Source: Eukaryota sp. TZLM1-RC (lineage: Eukaryota; Protista; Metamonada: BaSk clade). From it: DNA of 64,000 bases. This document shows, piece after piece, positions 33,114-45,999 of the stretch. The notes below the pieces were generated by a model. The model saw only the letters and a program-made list of their open reading frames with translations, ran no database searches and was not told the origin of the DNA. Each line of letters opens with the position of its first letter. The first letter of the stretch is position 1. The translations under genes and the position numbers were made by a program. Location: the NCBI GenBank assembly GCA_040285825.1, contig JAUPSS010000004.1, positions 1,592,550-1,656,549 of the forward strand. Reading direction: 5' to 3'.

Positions 33114-36100
33114 TATTTTGAGTCGTAAAGGCAGTACTTCAACAACAAAAGACGCCGCCTTCAGGTTTCTGAAGTTTGTTACTTCGCTTACTGTTGTTTT
33201 TGATCCAACATAGACCCTGCATGAACACTAGCGAATCCATTCTTCGATTCCATGATACCTTTACTAAACGACACTATCACGTTACTCGTTTACGAAAAAG
33301 GGAAGAAGCAGAGCGTATTCATGTAGCGATTAAAACATACACAACAAAGTAATCAAACACATAGATCATGGAACAAGGCCCTTTTCAGCTATTACTTACT
33401 ATCTTATACTAACATTATTGTAGGAGAGTCATAATACATCAATTGTCGATCTTAAGAATGTAAAATTAGTGTTTGCGTGAATCCCAATCACTGCTAAAAT
33501 ATTTGTAGACAATAGAAAACATAGGAATTTGGTATTTAGTTCTTGGTTGTTATAGTTATTTAGTTATTTGTTCATAGTTTCAGTTTCATATTCATATAAG
33601 CTGATCTATTTGGAAAAAGGGAAGAAGCAGTGTTGGCGCCCTCAGGCTTATATAATATGATTAGAAAATAAATCAACTTTTCCTCATTGACTTTTCCTTA
33701 TTACAATCGACTTTGGGCAACAATAATTATTGGCCATTTTAAAGTCAAAGGTATACCGCAAATAACCTCAGTACTCAACATGAAACCAAATAACCAGATA
33801 TTTCATTATGTCAGACATCTTGTAGGAAAACTCTGACCTTACTTGTTCATTACCTAACATGCAGCAACAGGAACAACAACAGGACATACATACATACGAT
33901 CAAGAGGGTAACAAGGTAGCGGAACCGGATCCCATCTCCCCCTCCCCAAAAGTTAAAAATGAAATATCGAACGAGGTCCCTCCTTCTTCAGTTATAGAAG
34001 AAGTTACGAGAACGGACCCGGCTCCCTCTCCCCTCAAGGAAAAAAATTCCTCTATAGAGGTTACGAAAACGGATTTGAATCCCTCTCCCCTCAAGAATAT
34101 AGGATTGACCACGGGGGTAACGAGAACGGACCCGGCTCCCTCTCCCCTCCCCAATATAGAACCTGTCTCAAAGGATACGGATGAAAATCCCACCTTAGAC
34201 ACGTTTTCCCCACTGGGAGAGTATGAAGAAATTCAATCTCAATTAGATGAGATGGAAGAAGAAGACGACTCCAGTGATGGAGTCTACAAACTCTTAACAA
34301 GGACGCAGAGCCTTACCTCGATTCCATGGACTTTTATCCATACAAGCAGCTCCCTTCCTTTATGGACCCAACACAAAAAAAGTCGACTACATACGAGGTT
34401 ACAAATAGAGACTCCACCTCCATCATTATTGACTACAATGGCAAATATACGGTCGTTGCTCCTCTGATATTTTGAGTCGTAAAGGCAGTACTTCAACAAC
34501 AAAAGACGCCGCCTTCAGGTTTCTGAAGTTTGTTACTTCGCTTACTGTTGTTTTTGATCCAACATAGACCCTGCATGAACACTAGCGAATCCATTCTTCG
34601 ATTCCATGATACCTTTACTAAACGACACTATCACGTTACTCGTTTACGAAAAAGGGAAGAAGCAGAGCGTATTCATGTAGCGATTAAAACATACACAACA
34701 AAGTAATCAAACACATAGATCATGGAACAAGGCCCTTTTCAGCTATTACTTACTATCTTATACTAACATTATTGTAGGAGAGTCATAATACATCAATTGT
34801 CGATCTTAAGAATGTAAAACCAGTGTTTGCGTGAATCCCAATCACTGCTAAAATATTTGTAGACAATAGAAAACATAGGAATTTGGTATTTAGTTCTTGG
34901 TTGTTATAGTTATTTAGTTATTTGTTCATAGTTTCAGTTTCATATTCATATAAGCTGATCTATTTGGAAAAAGGGAAGAAGCAGTGTTGGCGCCCTCAGG
35001 CTTATATAATATGATTAGAAAATAAATCAACTTTTCCTCATTGACTTTTCCTTATTACAATCGACTTTGGGCAACAATAATTATTGGCCATTTTAAAGTC
35101 AAAGGTATACCGCAAATAACCTCAGTACTCAACATGAAACCAAATAACCAGATATTTCATTATGTCAGACATCTTGTAGGAAAACTCTGACCTTACTTGT
35201 TCATTACCTAACATGCAGCAACAGGAACAACAACAGGACATACATACATACGATCAAGAGGGTAACAAGGTAGCGGAACCGGATCCCATCTCCCCCTCCC
35301 CAAAAGTTAAAAATGAAATATCGAACGAGGTCCCTCCTTCTTCAGTTATAGAAGAAGTTACGAGAACGGACCCGGCTCCCTCTCCCCTCAAGGAAAAAAA
35401 TTCCTCTATAGAGGTTACGAAAACGGATTTGAATCCCTCTCCCCTCAAGAATATAGGATTGACCACGGGGGTAACGAGAACGGACCCGGCTCCCTCTCCC
35501 CTCCCCAATATAGAACTTGTCTCAAAAGGTACGGATGAAAATCCCACCTTAGACACGTTTTCCCCACTGGGAGAGTATGAAGAAATTCAATCTCAATTAG
35601 ATGAGATGGAAGAAGAAGACGACTCCAGTGATGGAGTCTACAAACTCTTAACAAGGACGCAGAGCCTTACCTCGATTCCATGGACTTTTATCCATACAAG
35701 CAGCTCCCTTCCTTTATGGACCCAACACAAAAAAAGTCGACTACATACGAGGTTACAAATAGAGACTCCACCTCCACTATTATTGACTACAATGGCAAAT
35801 ATACGGTCGTTGCTCCTCTGATATTTTGAGTCGTAAAGGCAGTACTTCAACAACAAAAAGACGCCGCCTTCAGGTTTCTGAAGTTTGTTACTTCGCTTAC
35901 TGTTGTTTTTGATCCAACATAGACCCTGCATGAACACTAGCGAATCCATTCTTCGATTCCATGATACCTTTACTAAACGACACTATCACGTTACTCGTTT
36001 ACGAAAAAGGGAAGAAGCAGAGCGTATTCATGTAGCGATTAAAACATACACAACAAAGTAATCAAACACATAGATCATGGAACAAGGCCCTTTTCAGCTA

Positions 36101-39100
36101 TTACTTACTATCTTATACTAACATTATTGTAGGAGAGTCATAATACATCAATTGTCGATCTTAAGAATGTAAAACCAGTGTTTGCGTGAATCCCAATCAC
36201 TGCTAAAATATTTGTAGACAATAGAAAACATAGGAATTTGGTATTTAGTTCTTGGTTGTTATAGTTATTTAGTTATTTGTTCATAGTTTCAGTTTCATAT
36301 TCATATAAGCTGATCTATTTGGAAAAAGGGAAGAAGCAGTGTTGGCGCCCTCAGGCTTATATAATATGATTAGAAAATAAATCAACTTTTCCTCATTGAC
36401 TTTTCCTTATTACAATCGACTTTTGGGCAACAATAATTATTGGCCATTTTAAAGTCAAAGGTATACCGCAAATAACCTCAGTACTCAACATGAAACCAAA
36501 TAACCAGATATTTCATTATGTCAGACATCTTGTAGGAAAACTCTGACCTTACTTGTTCATTACCTAACATGCAGCAACAGGAACAACAACAGGACATACA
36601 TACATACGATCAAGAGGGTAACAAGGTAGCGGAACCGGATCCCATCTCCCCTCCCCAAAAGTTAAAAATGAAATATCGAACGAGGTCCCTCCTTCTTCAG
36701 TTATAGAAGAAGTTACGAGAACGGACCCGGCTCCCTCTCCCCCTCAAGGAAAAAAATTCCTCTATAGAGGTTACGAAAACGGATTTGAATCCCTCTCCCT
36801 CAAGAATATAGGATTGACCACGGGGGTAACGAGAACGGACCCGGCTCCCTCTCCCTCCCCAATATAGAACTTGTCTCAAAAGGTACGGATGAAAATCCCA
36901 CCTTAGACACGTTTTCCCCACTGGGAGAGTATGAAGAAATTCAATCTCAATTAGATGAGATGGAAGAAGAAGACGACTCCAGTGATGGAGTCTACAAACT
37001 CTTAACAAGGACGCAGAGCCTTACCTCGATTCCATGGACTTTTATCCATACAAGCAGCTCCCTTCCTTTATGGACCCAACACAAAAAAAGTCGACTACAT
37101 ACGAGGTTACAAATAGAGACTCCACCTCCACTATTATTGACTACAATGGCAAATATACGGTCGTTGCTCCTCTGATATTTTGAGTCGTAAAGGCAGTACT
37201 TCAACAACAAAAAGACGCCGCCTTCAGGTTTCTGAAGTTTGTTACTTCGCTTACTGTTGTTTTTGATCCAACATAGACCCTGCATGAACACTAGCGAATC
37301 CATTCTTCGATTCCATGATACCTTTACTAAACGACACTATCACGTTACTCGTTTACGAAAAAGGGAAGAAGCAGAGCGTATTCATGTAGCGATTAAAACA
37401 TACACAACAAAGTAATCAAACACATAGATCATGGAACAAGGCCCTTTTCAGTTATTACTTACTATCTTATACTAACATTATTGTAGGAGAGTCATATTAC
37501 ATCAATTGTCGATCTTAAGAATGTAAAACCAGTGTTTGCGTGAATCCCAATCACTGCTAAAATATTTGTAGACAATAGAAAACATAGGAATTTGGTATTT
37601 AGTTCTTGGTTGTTATAGTTATTTAGTTATTTGTTCATAGTTTCAGTTTCATATTCATATAAGCTGATCTATTTGGAAAAAGGGAAGAAGCAGTGTTGGC
37701 GCCCTCAGGCTTATATAATATGATTAGAAAATAAATCAACTTTTCCTCATTGACTTTTCCTTATTACAATCGACTTTGGGCAACAATAATTATTGGCCAT
37801 TTTAAAGTCAAAGGTATACCGCAAATAACCTCAGTACTCAACATGAAACCAAATAACCAGATATTTCATTATGTCAGACATCTTGTAGGAAAACTCTGAC
37901 CTTACTTGTTCATTACCTAACATGCAGCAACAGGAACAACAACAGGACATACATACATACGATCAAGAGGGTAACAAGGTAGCGGAACCGGATCCCATCT
38001 CCCCCTCCCCAAAAGTTAAAAATGAAATATCGAACGAGGTCCCTCCTTCTTCAGTTATAGAAGAAGTTACGAGAACGGACCCGGCTCCCTCTCCCCTCAA
38101 GGAAAAAAAATTCCTCTATAGAGGTTACGAAAACGGATTTGAATCCCTCTCCCCTCAAGAATATAGGATTGACCACGGGGGTAACGAGAACGGACCCGGC
38201 TCCCTCTCCCCTCCCAATATAGAACTTGTCTCAAAAGGTACGGATGAAAATCCCACCTTAGACACGTTTTCCCCACTGGGAGAGTATGAAGAAATTCAAT
38301 CTCAATTAGATGAGATGGAAGAAGAAGACGACTCCAGTGATGGAGTCTACAAACTCTTAACAAGGACGCAGAGCCTTACCTCGATTCCATGGACTTTTAT
38401 CCATACAAGCAGCTCCCTTCCTTTATGGACCCAACACAAAAAAAGTCGACTACATACGAGGTTACAAATAGAGACTCCACCTCCACTATTATTGACTACA
38501 ATGGCAAATATACGGTCGTTGCTCCTCTGATATTTTGAGTCGTAAAGGCAGTACTTCAACAACAAAAGACGCCGCCTTCAGGTTTCTGAAGTTTGTTACT
38601 TCGCTTACTGTTGTTTTTGATCCAACATAGACCCTGCATGAACACTAGCGAATCCATTCTTCGATTCCATGATACCTTTACTAAACGACACTATCACGTT
38701 ACTCGTTTACGAAAAAGGGAAGAAGCAGAGCGTATTCATGTAGCGATTAAAACATACACAACAAAGTAATCAAACACATAGATCATGGAACAAGGCCCTT
38801 TTCAGTTATTACTTACTATCTTATACTAACATTATTGTAGGAGAGTCATATTACATCAATTGTCGATCTTAAGAATGTAAAACCAGTGTTTGCGTGAATC
38901 CCAATCACTGCTAAAATATTTGTAGACAATAGAAAACATAGGAATTTGGTATTTAGTTCTTGGTTGTTATAGTTATTTAGTTATTTGTTCATAGTTTCAG
39001 TTTCATATTCATATAAGCTGATCTATTTTGAAAAAGGGAAGAAGCAGTGTTGGCGCCCTCAGGCTTATATAATATGATTAGAAAATAAATCAACTTTTCC

Positions 39101-39483
39101 TCATTGACTTTTCCTTATTACAATCGACTTTGGGCAACAATAATTATTGGCCATTTTAAAGTCAAAGGTATACCGCAAATAACCTCAGTACTCAACATAG
39201 AACCAGATAACCAGATATTTCATTATGTCAGACATCTTGCAGGAAAACTCTGATCTTAATTGTTCATTACCTAACATGCAGCAACAGGAACAACAATAGG
39301 ACATACATACATACGATAAAGAGGGTAACAAGGTAGCGGAACCGGATCCCACCTCCCCCTCCCCAAAAGTTAAAGATGAAATATTGGACGAGGTCCCTCC
39401 TTCTTCAGTTATAGAAGAGGTTACGAGAACGGACCCGGCTCCCTCTCCCCTCAAGGAAAAAGATTCCTCTATAGAGGTTACGA

Positions 39484-40050
39484 TCTCTTGTCCAACTGGC
39501 AGAAGATACATGACAAAACCTTCACCCAGTAAACACTCTCTCAACCAATAATCCGTTCAAAATCTCAACCACCATTTGAACCGTTAGAATTTGGGGAGGG
39601 AGAAAGTGTATTTGGAAAGTAATCGTTAGAAATTGAAAATAATTAAATTTGATAACCGAAGAAGAGAATAGAGACGGTTCCGAGAGAGTCTCAACAAATT
39701 TCAAAGGCTGGCTGGACATCCTGAAGAACTCTATCTCGCTGTGGGTTCTGCTAATTTCCCTTCTCATTGCCGAAAAGTCAATCGATATGGATCAGCAAAG
39801 GCTTTCAGAAAATGGTTGTGTCATCAAAAGGACGTGAAACACTTGTCAAGAAGTGAATTTAATACAAGCAAACTGTGAAGTTGTTGCATGGCCGAGAATA
39901 TTCAAGCAGGCTCATGGTAGACGCGTAATTATACTGTGACAAATAGTATATGACAGAGATATTTCCGCTGCAAAAAATAATAAACTTAAGAAAAAAGCGA
40001 AATTGTGGCCGGAAAGATACATTTGCCCAGAAGCTCTATTGATGAGATGA
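39484..40050 (+). pseudogene. Fanzor (TnpB-like RuvC nuclease) pseudogene, C-terminal part
   Basis: Manual translation: LYLAVGSANF...SEFNTSKL*SCC (RuvC-II Glu and Zn finger, 39855) and, after a frameshift, YDRDISAAKN (RuvC-III, 39952), ending TGA at 40050. Confidence 0.75.
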
Positions 40051-40365
40051 ATGGGGAACCTGAGCATACAGAAACAAACTTTTTTTTGGAAAAGCTTTTA
40101 TTTTATTTCTATTTTGTAGTTTTTTTTAGTTTTTTTGAAAATCTTTTGAGAGCGATCTACAAAAACCTTAGTAGCATTTGGAAGATCCACGTAGATACAT
40201 CAAGCCGCAACGCTTTGTTCTGTGAAAGCAGTAGGTGTATTTAAGTGAGGTAGCCCATTGATGAAGATCAAGATTGTCTTTGTCAAATGATGCTATATGT
40301 CTCTTACACCCTGTGAGTAGACATTGAGAAAGTTGAAAACAGGTGTGAATTTCACAGCGGAATGC

Positions 40366-41652
40366 ATGACAAGTGAAATTCACAGTATGCTCCATAATAG
40401 AATGGCATTTGACTCAATTAGACTCATGTCCCAAGACAGTACTTCTCACATTGAGGACACTTTGCTTTCTCTGTACACCCTTAGAGATTTTAACCATTCA
40501 CAGCCACATAAACTTAAACAATCTCAACTACAACACCTGAGAGAACAGGTCCTATCATACCTTTCCGAAGGCCCAAATATATCAAAGTCACAACTATGGT
40601 ATTTTCGAGGCAGAGCACTTGCAGGCTCTAACTCAGATCTTGAATTAGCAGAAAACTATCTTTCAAAAGCCATCAAACTCGACCCTGACTTCACAGAGGC
40701 TTATCTCTACCTTGCTGACGTTCACACATTGCGTCAACAATGGGTACAGGCTGAGCGAGTCCTTGAAGCGTCACTTATATTATCCAAAACACCTGCTGCA
40801 CTTCGTCTTTTATCAAGAGTCATTAGACAAACCTCCAAACAATCCACTATTCCACAATCTTTACTTGACAGGTCTGTTTCCCTTGCTAAGGAAGCACTTG
40901 ATATGGATCTCAACCTTGGGGAAGGTTGGTTGGTGTATGGGTTGGGATTGACCACAAGATTCTTTCACTCACTTTGTCCTCAATTAACTGACTTGGATAA
41001 GGCCCTGATTGCTTTTAACAGGGCTGAAAAGTTCGATGACCAAAAAACGAACCCTGATGTTTTTTTCAATAGAGCACAAGTTTTGACGTATTTAGAATGT
41101 TTCGCTGAAGCTATCAATGACTTTAATACTGTTTTAGAATTAGATCCTGGTTTTTCAGCTGCAAATTCAGCCATTGAAAATATTTATTCTTTTTCAAAAT
41201 TAATTTGGGCAAGTTTAAACAGGTTTGAATTGCAAAAGAAGAAAAAATTATCAAAATTAGTTAATAATTGGAGGAATGAAATAATACAAGGTTCAGAATT
41301 GGTTTCTATTTCAGACCTTGACACATCACATGTAAACGTGCATGTTTCCCTTCGAATTTTTTGTTTAGTTTCCGATGAAGAAAGGACCCCTGTTTCTATT
41401 TGTTGTTATGACTCTGAGGGAAGTCCTATAATAGTGTCCTTATATGAAGTTAAGTCTAATATATTTAAACCACAACAAAATCTAACAATTTTAAAGCCAA
41501 AAATTAGAAAACAAAGTCTAAATTTAGAAGGAAATACTATTGATTACCAATTAATTTCTATAAGGGATTCTCTGAGTCAAATAATACTGCAAGGTGAACC
41601 TTTAACAACACAATTTTTGTCAAATCCTAAGTTAATAGTAAATCAAAGGTAA
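40366..41652 (+). CDS. TTC5: Tetratricopeptide repeat protein 5 (TPRs plus C-terminal OB fold); start could be any ATG at 40366-40426
   Basis: GRAL...AENYLSKAIKLDP, AKEALDMDLNLGEGW..G..LTTRFF, NPDVFFNRA..Y.E, and a beta-rich C-terminal domain. Confidence 0.85.
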   Translation: MTSEIHSMLHNRMAFDSIRLMSQDSTSHIEDTLLSLYTLRDFNHSQPHKLKQSQLQHLREQVLSYLSEGPNISKSQLWYFRGRALAGSNSDLELAENYLSKAIKLDPDFTEAYLYLADVHTLRQQWVQAERVLEASLILSKTPAALRLLSRVIRQTSKQSTIPQSLLDRSVSLAKEALDMDLNLGEGWLVYGLGLTTRFFHSLCPQLTDLDKALIAFNRAEKFDDQKTNPDVFFNRAQVLTYLECFAEAINDFNTVLELDPGFSAANSAIENIYSFSKLIWASLNRFELQKKKKLSKLVNNWRNEIIQGSELVSISDLDTSHVNVHVSLRIFCLVSDEERTPVSICCYDSEGSPIIVSLYEVKSNIFKPQQNLTILKPKIRKQSLNLEGNTIDYQLISIRDSLSQIILQGEPLTTQFLSNPKLIVNQR

Positions 41653-41662
41653 GAAAATAAAA

Positions 41663-42265
41663 TTAAAATTTCTTTTTTCTAAAAAATGCTTTCTTTGGCT
41701 TCTTACCAGATCTTCTAGACACATTCACCGCTTCATACTTTCGATCAAGTAGTTCTTTCAATTCTGCATCCTTTATTAATGTATCAACAGTTCTGCAATT
41801 GGTTTTTGATTTGTTTCGTTGTGCCATTGATGTTGATACACCTCCATTTTCAAAGGGTGAACTAATGACAGTTCCCACCTGGAAGACTTCACCCTTTCGC
41901 TCCTTCTTTTTTGGCACACGATAATGGCGTCTGAGAGGATCGAACTGACCACGGAGGCGAAGTAATTCTCTGTCCATATCCAGCTCCTCTGTCATCACAG
42001 GTGCAGTCATATTGAACCAGTCCTTGCCCGCAGATGGACCAGTACGATGAGAGGAATCTGGCTTAGGTTTTACTTTAGCATCTTCAAGGAAAGTCTTAGC
42101 AGGAGCAGCAGCATCTAGGGCTTCTAAGTTTCTGAGTACTGATGAAGTGGGAAGCGAAGTTGATTGAGTAAGAGGTATTGATGTATCTGTCAAAGAAAAA
42201 ATCTTGGCTTCGTCGATGGGAGATCTAAAGTCGAGCTTAACTGATGTCAGAAAGGAAGTGAGCAT
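41663..42265 (-). CDS. FCF2: Fcf2 pre-rRNA processing protein (DNTTIP2-like)
   Basis: SAGKDWFNMTAP..TEEL..D..LLRLR...DP.RHY, FQVGTVI, VDTLIKD, basic tail. Confidence 0.9.
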   Translation of the reverse strand: MLTSFLTSVKLDFRSPIDEAKIFSLTDTSIPLTQSTSLPTSSVLRNLEALDAAAPAKTFLEDAKVKPKPDSSHRTGPSAGKDWFNMTAPVMTEELDMDRELLRLRGQFDPLRRHYRVPKKKERKGEVFQVGTVISSPFENGGVSTSMAQRNKSKTNCRTVDTLIKDAELKELLDRKYEAVNVSRRSGKKPKKAFFRKKKF

Positions 42266-45248
42266 TGAAAGTTGTTGTTGGTGACTGAAAAAATAGATGT
42301 TTCAATTATTGCTAATGTATTTCAAAATGCACTTCACGCTTTAGACCAATTCATGCTATTTTGATAGACGCTAGGCATGTTTTTGACCTATCACTATATG
42401 AGATCACTATCAAATGTGGGTTAATGCAGCAACATCACAATACACTTACAGGTACACAATATAATAAGTAAGACTTATCTAAGAGGTCTCCCAGAAGGGC
42501 TCTGGCCATTTATTGCAGAAGTTTGCGCTTATATGTTAGTATGTGACTATCAACATAATAGAGATTGAAATCTTGGGTAACATCACTTGTGGCATGTCAT
42601 TTTTCCCCAAGTTGTGAATGATCAACGTTGACAACTTAATCAAACCTTTTGCAGTTACATCAACATTCTGATCAATAAAAGCATCAATGTCATTCATAGT
42701 ATCAGCATCATTTTTTGTGTTCATCTGACTCAATCTTATCATTGTCAGCAGGTGTACCAATTTACAACTTCGATTGATAATAAGTTAGACTCATACTCGT
42801 TGATTCAATCCACATGTAGGCTTCAATCAGTGATATACTAATACCGTGTTTACCAAAGCTTAAATTAAAAACTGTGCGACAAAATGGCAAATTCCCAAAG
42901 CTTTCGAGCCCAAAGTTTTATCAATATGGAATTTTCAATGACTTTATTCAGTTCCAAGGTTGGTCTTCATCCTTGTTCATTTGTGTTCATTTAGACATGA
43001 TTCTGTGAATTTTCACTTTCATTGAGCACATTGATCATTGAAGTTATATGGTGGATTATGCATTTTCTTCTTTGTCTTGAAAAAATAACACTCATAAATC
43101 AAAATACCCCATGTCTTATACTTTGAGTGCACCTATATTGTAACAAAGAATTGGTCGTTTGGTATAAGTCAATTAAATACAGTATAAAGCTTTGACAACA
43201 GCTTTAGCAAGTATTTTATCACAAACCATCAATGACTCGATTAATCTGTATTTGAAATAGTAAATTCACTTCTTTAATTCACTGCTGAACTGTTGCATAC
43301 CAAAGTCCTTTTTTGTATAATCGGAGTACTACATAGTTGAAGCATGAAAACAATGCTTTTCAATCTAGCTTCCCCACATACCTACTAAATTACCGACGCA
43401 CGAATATTTTTTTTCTTGCACGATGATTCAGGATCAACACAAAAACATGTGCCAGATGCTCAATAACATCAAAGTACGTGGAAATAGTTTACATTTTGCT
43501 ATTGTAATCAAATAGGGATGTTTCCTTGTTTACTGCAGTGAAAACCATTATTAACACTATTTTTTTGAGGTGTAGAAGGTTCTATTTTGGTGCAAAAGCA
43601 AACCAAACTAAAAAACCAAACCGTTTTGCTTTTTTAAACCTTGTTTTTCTGATCCACATAGCTTAGCTTTTTGAACCAATTGCCCTATCGCCAAATAAAT
43701 TCATCTCAAAATTTTTATTTTCAACAAATAATACTAAACAACAGCTACTTTTGGTAGAAGTAGCAAAACCAGATAGCGGTACTTATTAATGTTCCACCGT
43801 TGCAATGGATCAGTAACAATAGGAGCTAGATTCTGTTGTAGATAAATCTAACAATCACCAAGTAGCGTACTTCCCTAATCCCTAATCCCTTTATTTTTGT
43901 TGCAAAACCAGCTGATATCAGTGAGGTCGCTTCCTCCTCGGTTTTAATAGACTCTTCCTCACAACAGTCTTTTTCCAACACGTATTTCAGAGCCTGATGG
44001 TCCAAATTATTACTGAACGGTCCAGGTGAATTTTCTTTTCCAATTCTAGAATCTTATTAAAACAAACGACGCAAAATCAAAAATACAAGGAAGTTAATTA
44101 TCAAGCTTATTTTGCAAGTACAAAACATTATTTAAATAAACAAAACACCAACTGATACTGTGTATTCTCGATTGTATTCAACACCTTTTCTCGTTACAGA
44201 TTCAAGTACAACTCATCAATCAGTGATCTAATGTTGTATTTCCTACATAATTCCTTTGTTACTAAATATAAGTCACGTCATAATTCTTTCTCTTCTCACA
44301 AATCGTCTGATTCATTTTCAGTCAAACGTGACTTTTTTCCGGTTGTATTCGCATTGTAAGTAATGGTATTTTCATCAGCATCCACATTTTCTACATCAAC
44401 TTCTAGCATCAAATAAGCAGAGTGCTAATGCGCAAACACAAAAAAAATATACTTTTTACCTTCAAAATAACATAAAAGTCTCCAGTCAAAAATTTTTGCC
44501 GTAATTCCAATGTTTGATATTTGATTTGGCAACAATAAAAAACAAAAGGCACTTTTGAGTCCAACAAACGTACGAATATTTTCAGTTTATCTGTTATGAA
44601 ATTGAATCGAGCTACGATCTTATTTCTAATCGTTTTTCGACAAAGAATTTTAAGATTGGACCAACATTATTATCAATAATATAAATGCGAAAGATTCCAC
44701 AAAATTCAACGGAAGCTTGATGAAAACAATTGTGTTGATTATGGCATTTTAAATGTCTTCTTTGTCGAGTGAACGAGTTCTAGTTTTACAAGAATTGTAT
44801 ATGCGGGGAAGTAACTGAATAATATCATACTGTCGAGAAGTGAGTATTTTGAGTTTTCTAGTTGACTCGATAATTTGGACTATTACTGTGCTCTGTTTAT
44901 TCTTATAATTGAACTAGAGGTAAGAAGTGAGTGTACCGTGACCAGTAGTGGAAGAACACAGAGTTGTACAATGATTGCGCATGATTCCTTGTAGTGTTTC
45001 AGTAAAATGTTCCCATACAGCAGAACGTCGGGAATTTATAGAAAAAACAAGGTTCTCAACAACTTAGATGACTGCTTGACTTTGTTGAAGATTATCCATG
45101 AAGGAGTTGATGAAGAATTGTGTATCAGATTCTAATACAATTTTACACTTCAATCTGATCTTCAGCAAATAATTTAATTTAAAAATATTTTAATTTTCTT
45201 TTTTTTGTTTACTTTCGCTTTTGCCTACAGTTTTTTAAAAAACTTAAT

Positions 45249-45925
45249 TTATTCAAAAGAAATTGTTAAAAACCAACAATCAATTTCCTCAAACTCCACA
45301 TCTACCATTGAAAATTTACCTACAGCATTTTCTTCATAAAATCTTCCTAGTGATAACAACGAGCCAGAAACAAGACTATACATTCCTTTAAACAATAGAA
45401 AATACAATTTTATTTTGCCAAAAGACTCGGTCAAATATTCTTCCAGTTCTGTGTTTGACAATAGATGAAAAATTATGTATAAAAGATGACGCAGTTTTAC
45501 CCAAGGTTCCAAATAAAGAAAAAACATAAGGACAAAGAAGGTATCGAGTAAGTGAGTTGGAATTCAGATTATTGATTTATTCAGAATGTTTGATAATTTT
45601 CGCTTCTTCAGCTCCACCTCAAGGTGAATTATAAGAAGGTGCCAATTTTTCATTTGAGCTGTTTGACACATCAGTAGATCTGACGTCAATAATGATCATT
45701 GCTCCATCAAGACCGGGAACTAACACATCACCGCAGCAATCACCAACAGAATTTCTGTCAGCTTCATCAGCCAAATTTGAAAGCAAAGGTTAAAAAGGAT
45801 TCGATCATGTAAGACTTGAAATTACAATAGAGCTGCATCATGCACTTTTGATCTAAAAGTAATAAAACGATTGCAAGAAAATAAATGGATTGGAGTGACA
45901 GGCTTTCCACATTTACAAATTACAC
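45249..45925 (-). mobile_element. 3' end of the second RLE non-LTR subfamily
   Basis: CKCGKPVTPIHLFSCNRFITFRS..HDA, GDVLVPGLDGAMIIIDVRSTDV, EFEEID. Confidence 0.8.
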
Positions 45926-45999
45926 ATGGGGAAGATTATCGGTTATGATTATTTGTATTGCATACAGTTAACCCAATAATTTTAATAATCTTATTTTTT

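Larger units (their letters stand above)
31699..39483 (+). repeat. Tandem array of 1354-bp units (~5.75 copies); each unit is an internally deleted family-D LTR element
   Basis: Period 1354. A 92-bp TGTTGGCGCCC...GGGCAACA LTR starts at 32277, 33631, 34985, 36340, 37694 and 39048, each preceded by PPT AAAAAGGGAAGAAGCAG. Homologous to the LTR and 3' UTR at 52553-52710. Confidence 0.95.

Noticed and set aside
43872-43890. CCCTAATCCCTAATCCCT telomere-like motif
   Set aside because: Only 2.5 units; compatible with a chance micro-duplication.
42300-45200. Coding-like but stop-ridden stretch, including ORF 42536-42760
   Set aside because: Probably decayed genes or elements, but I could not identify any domain.
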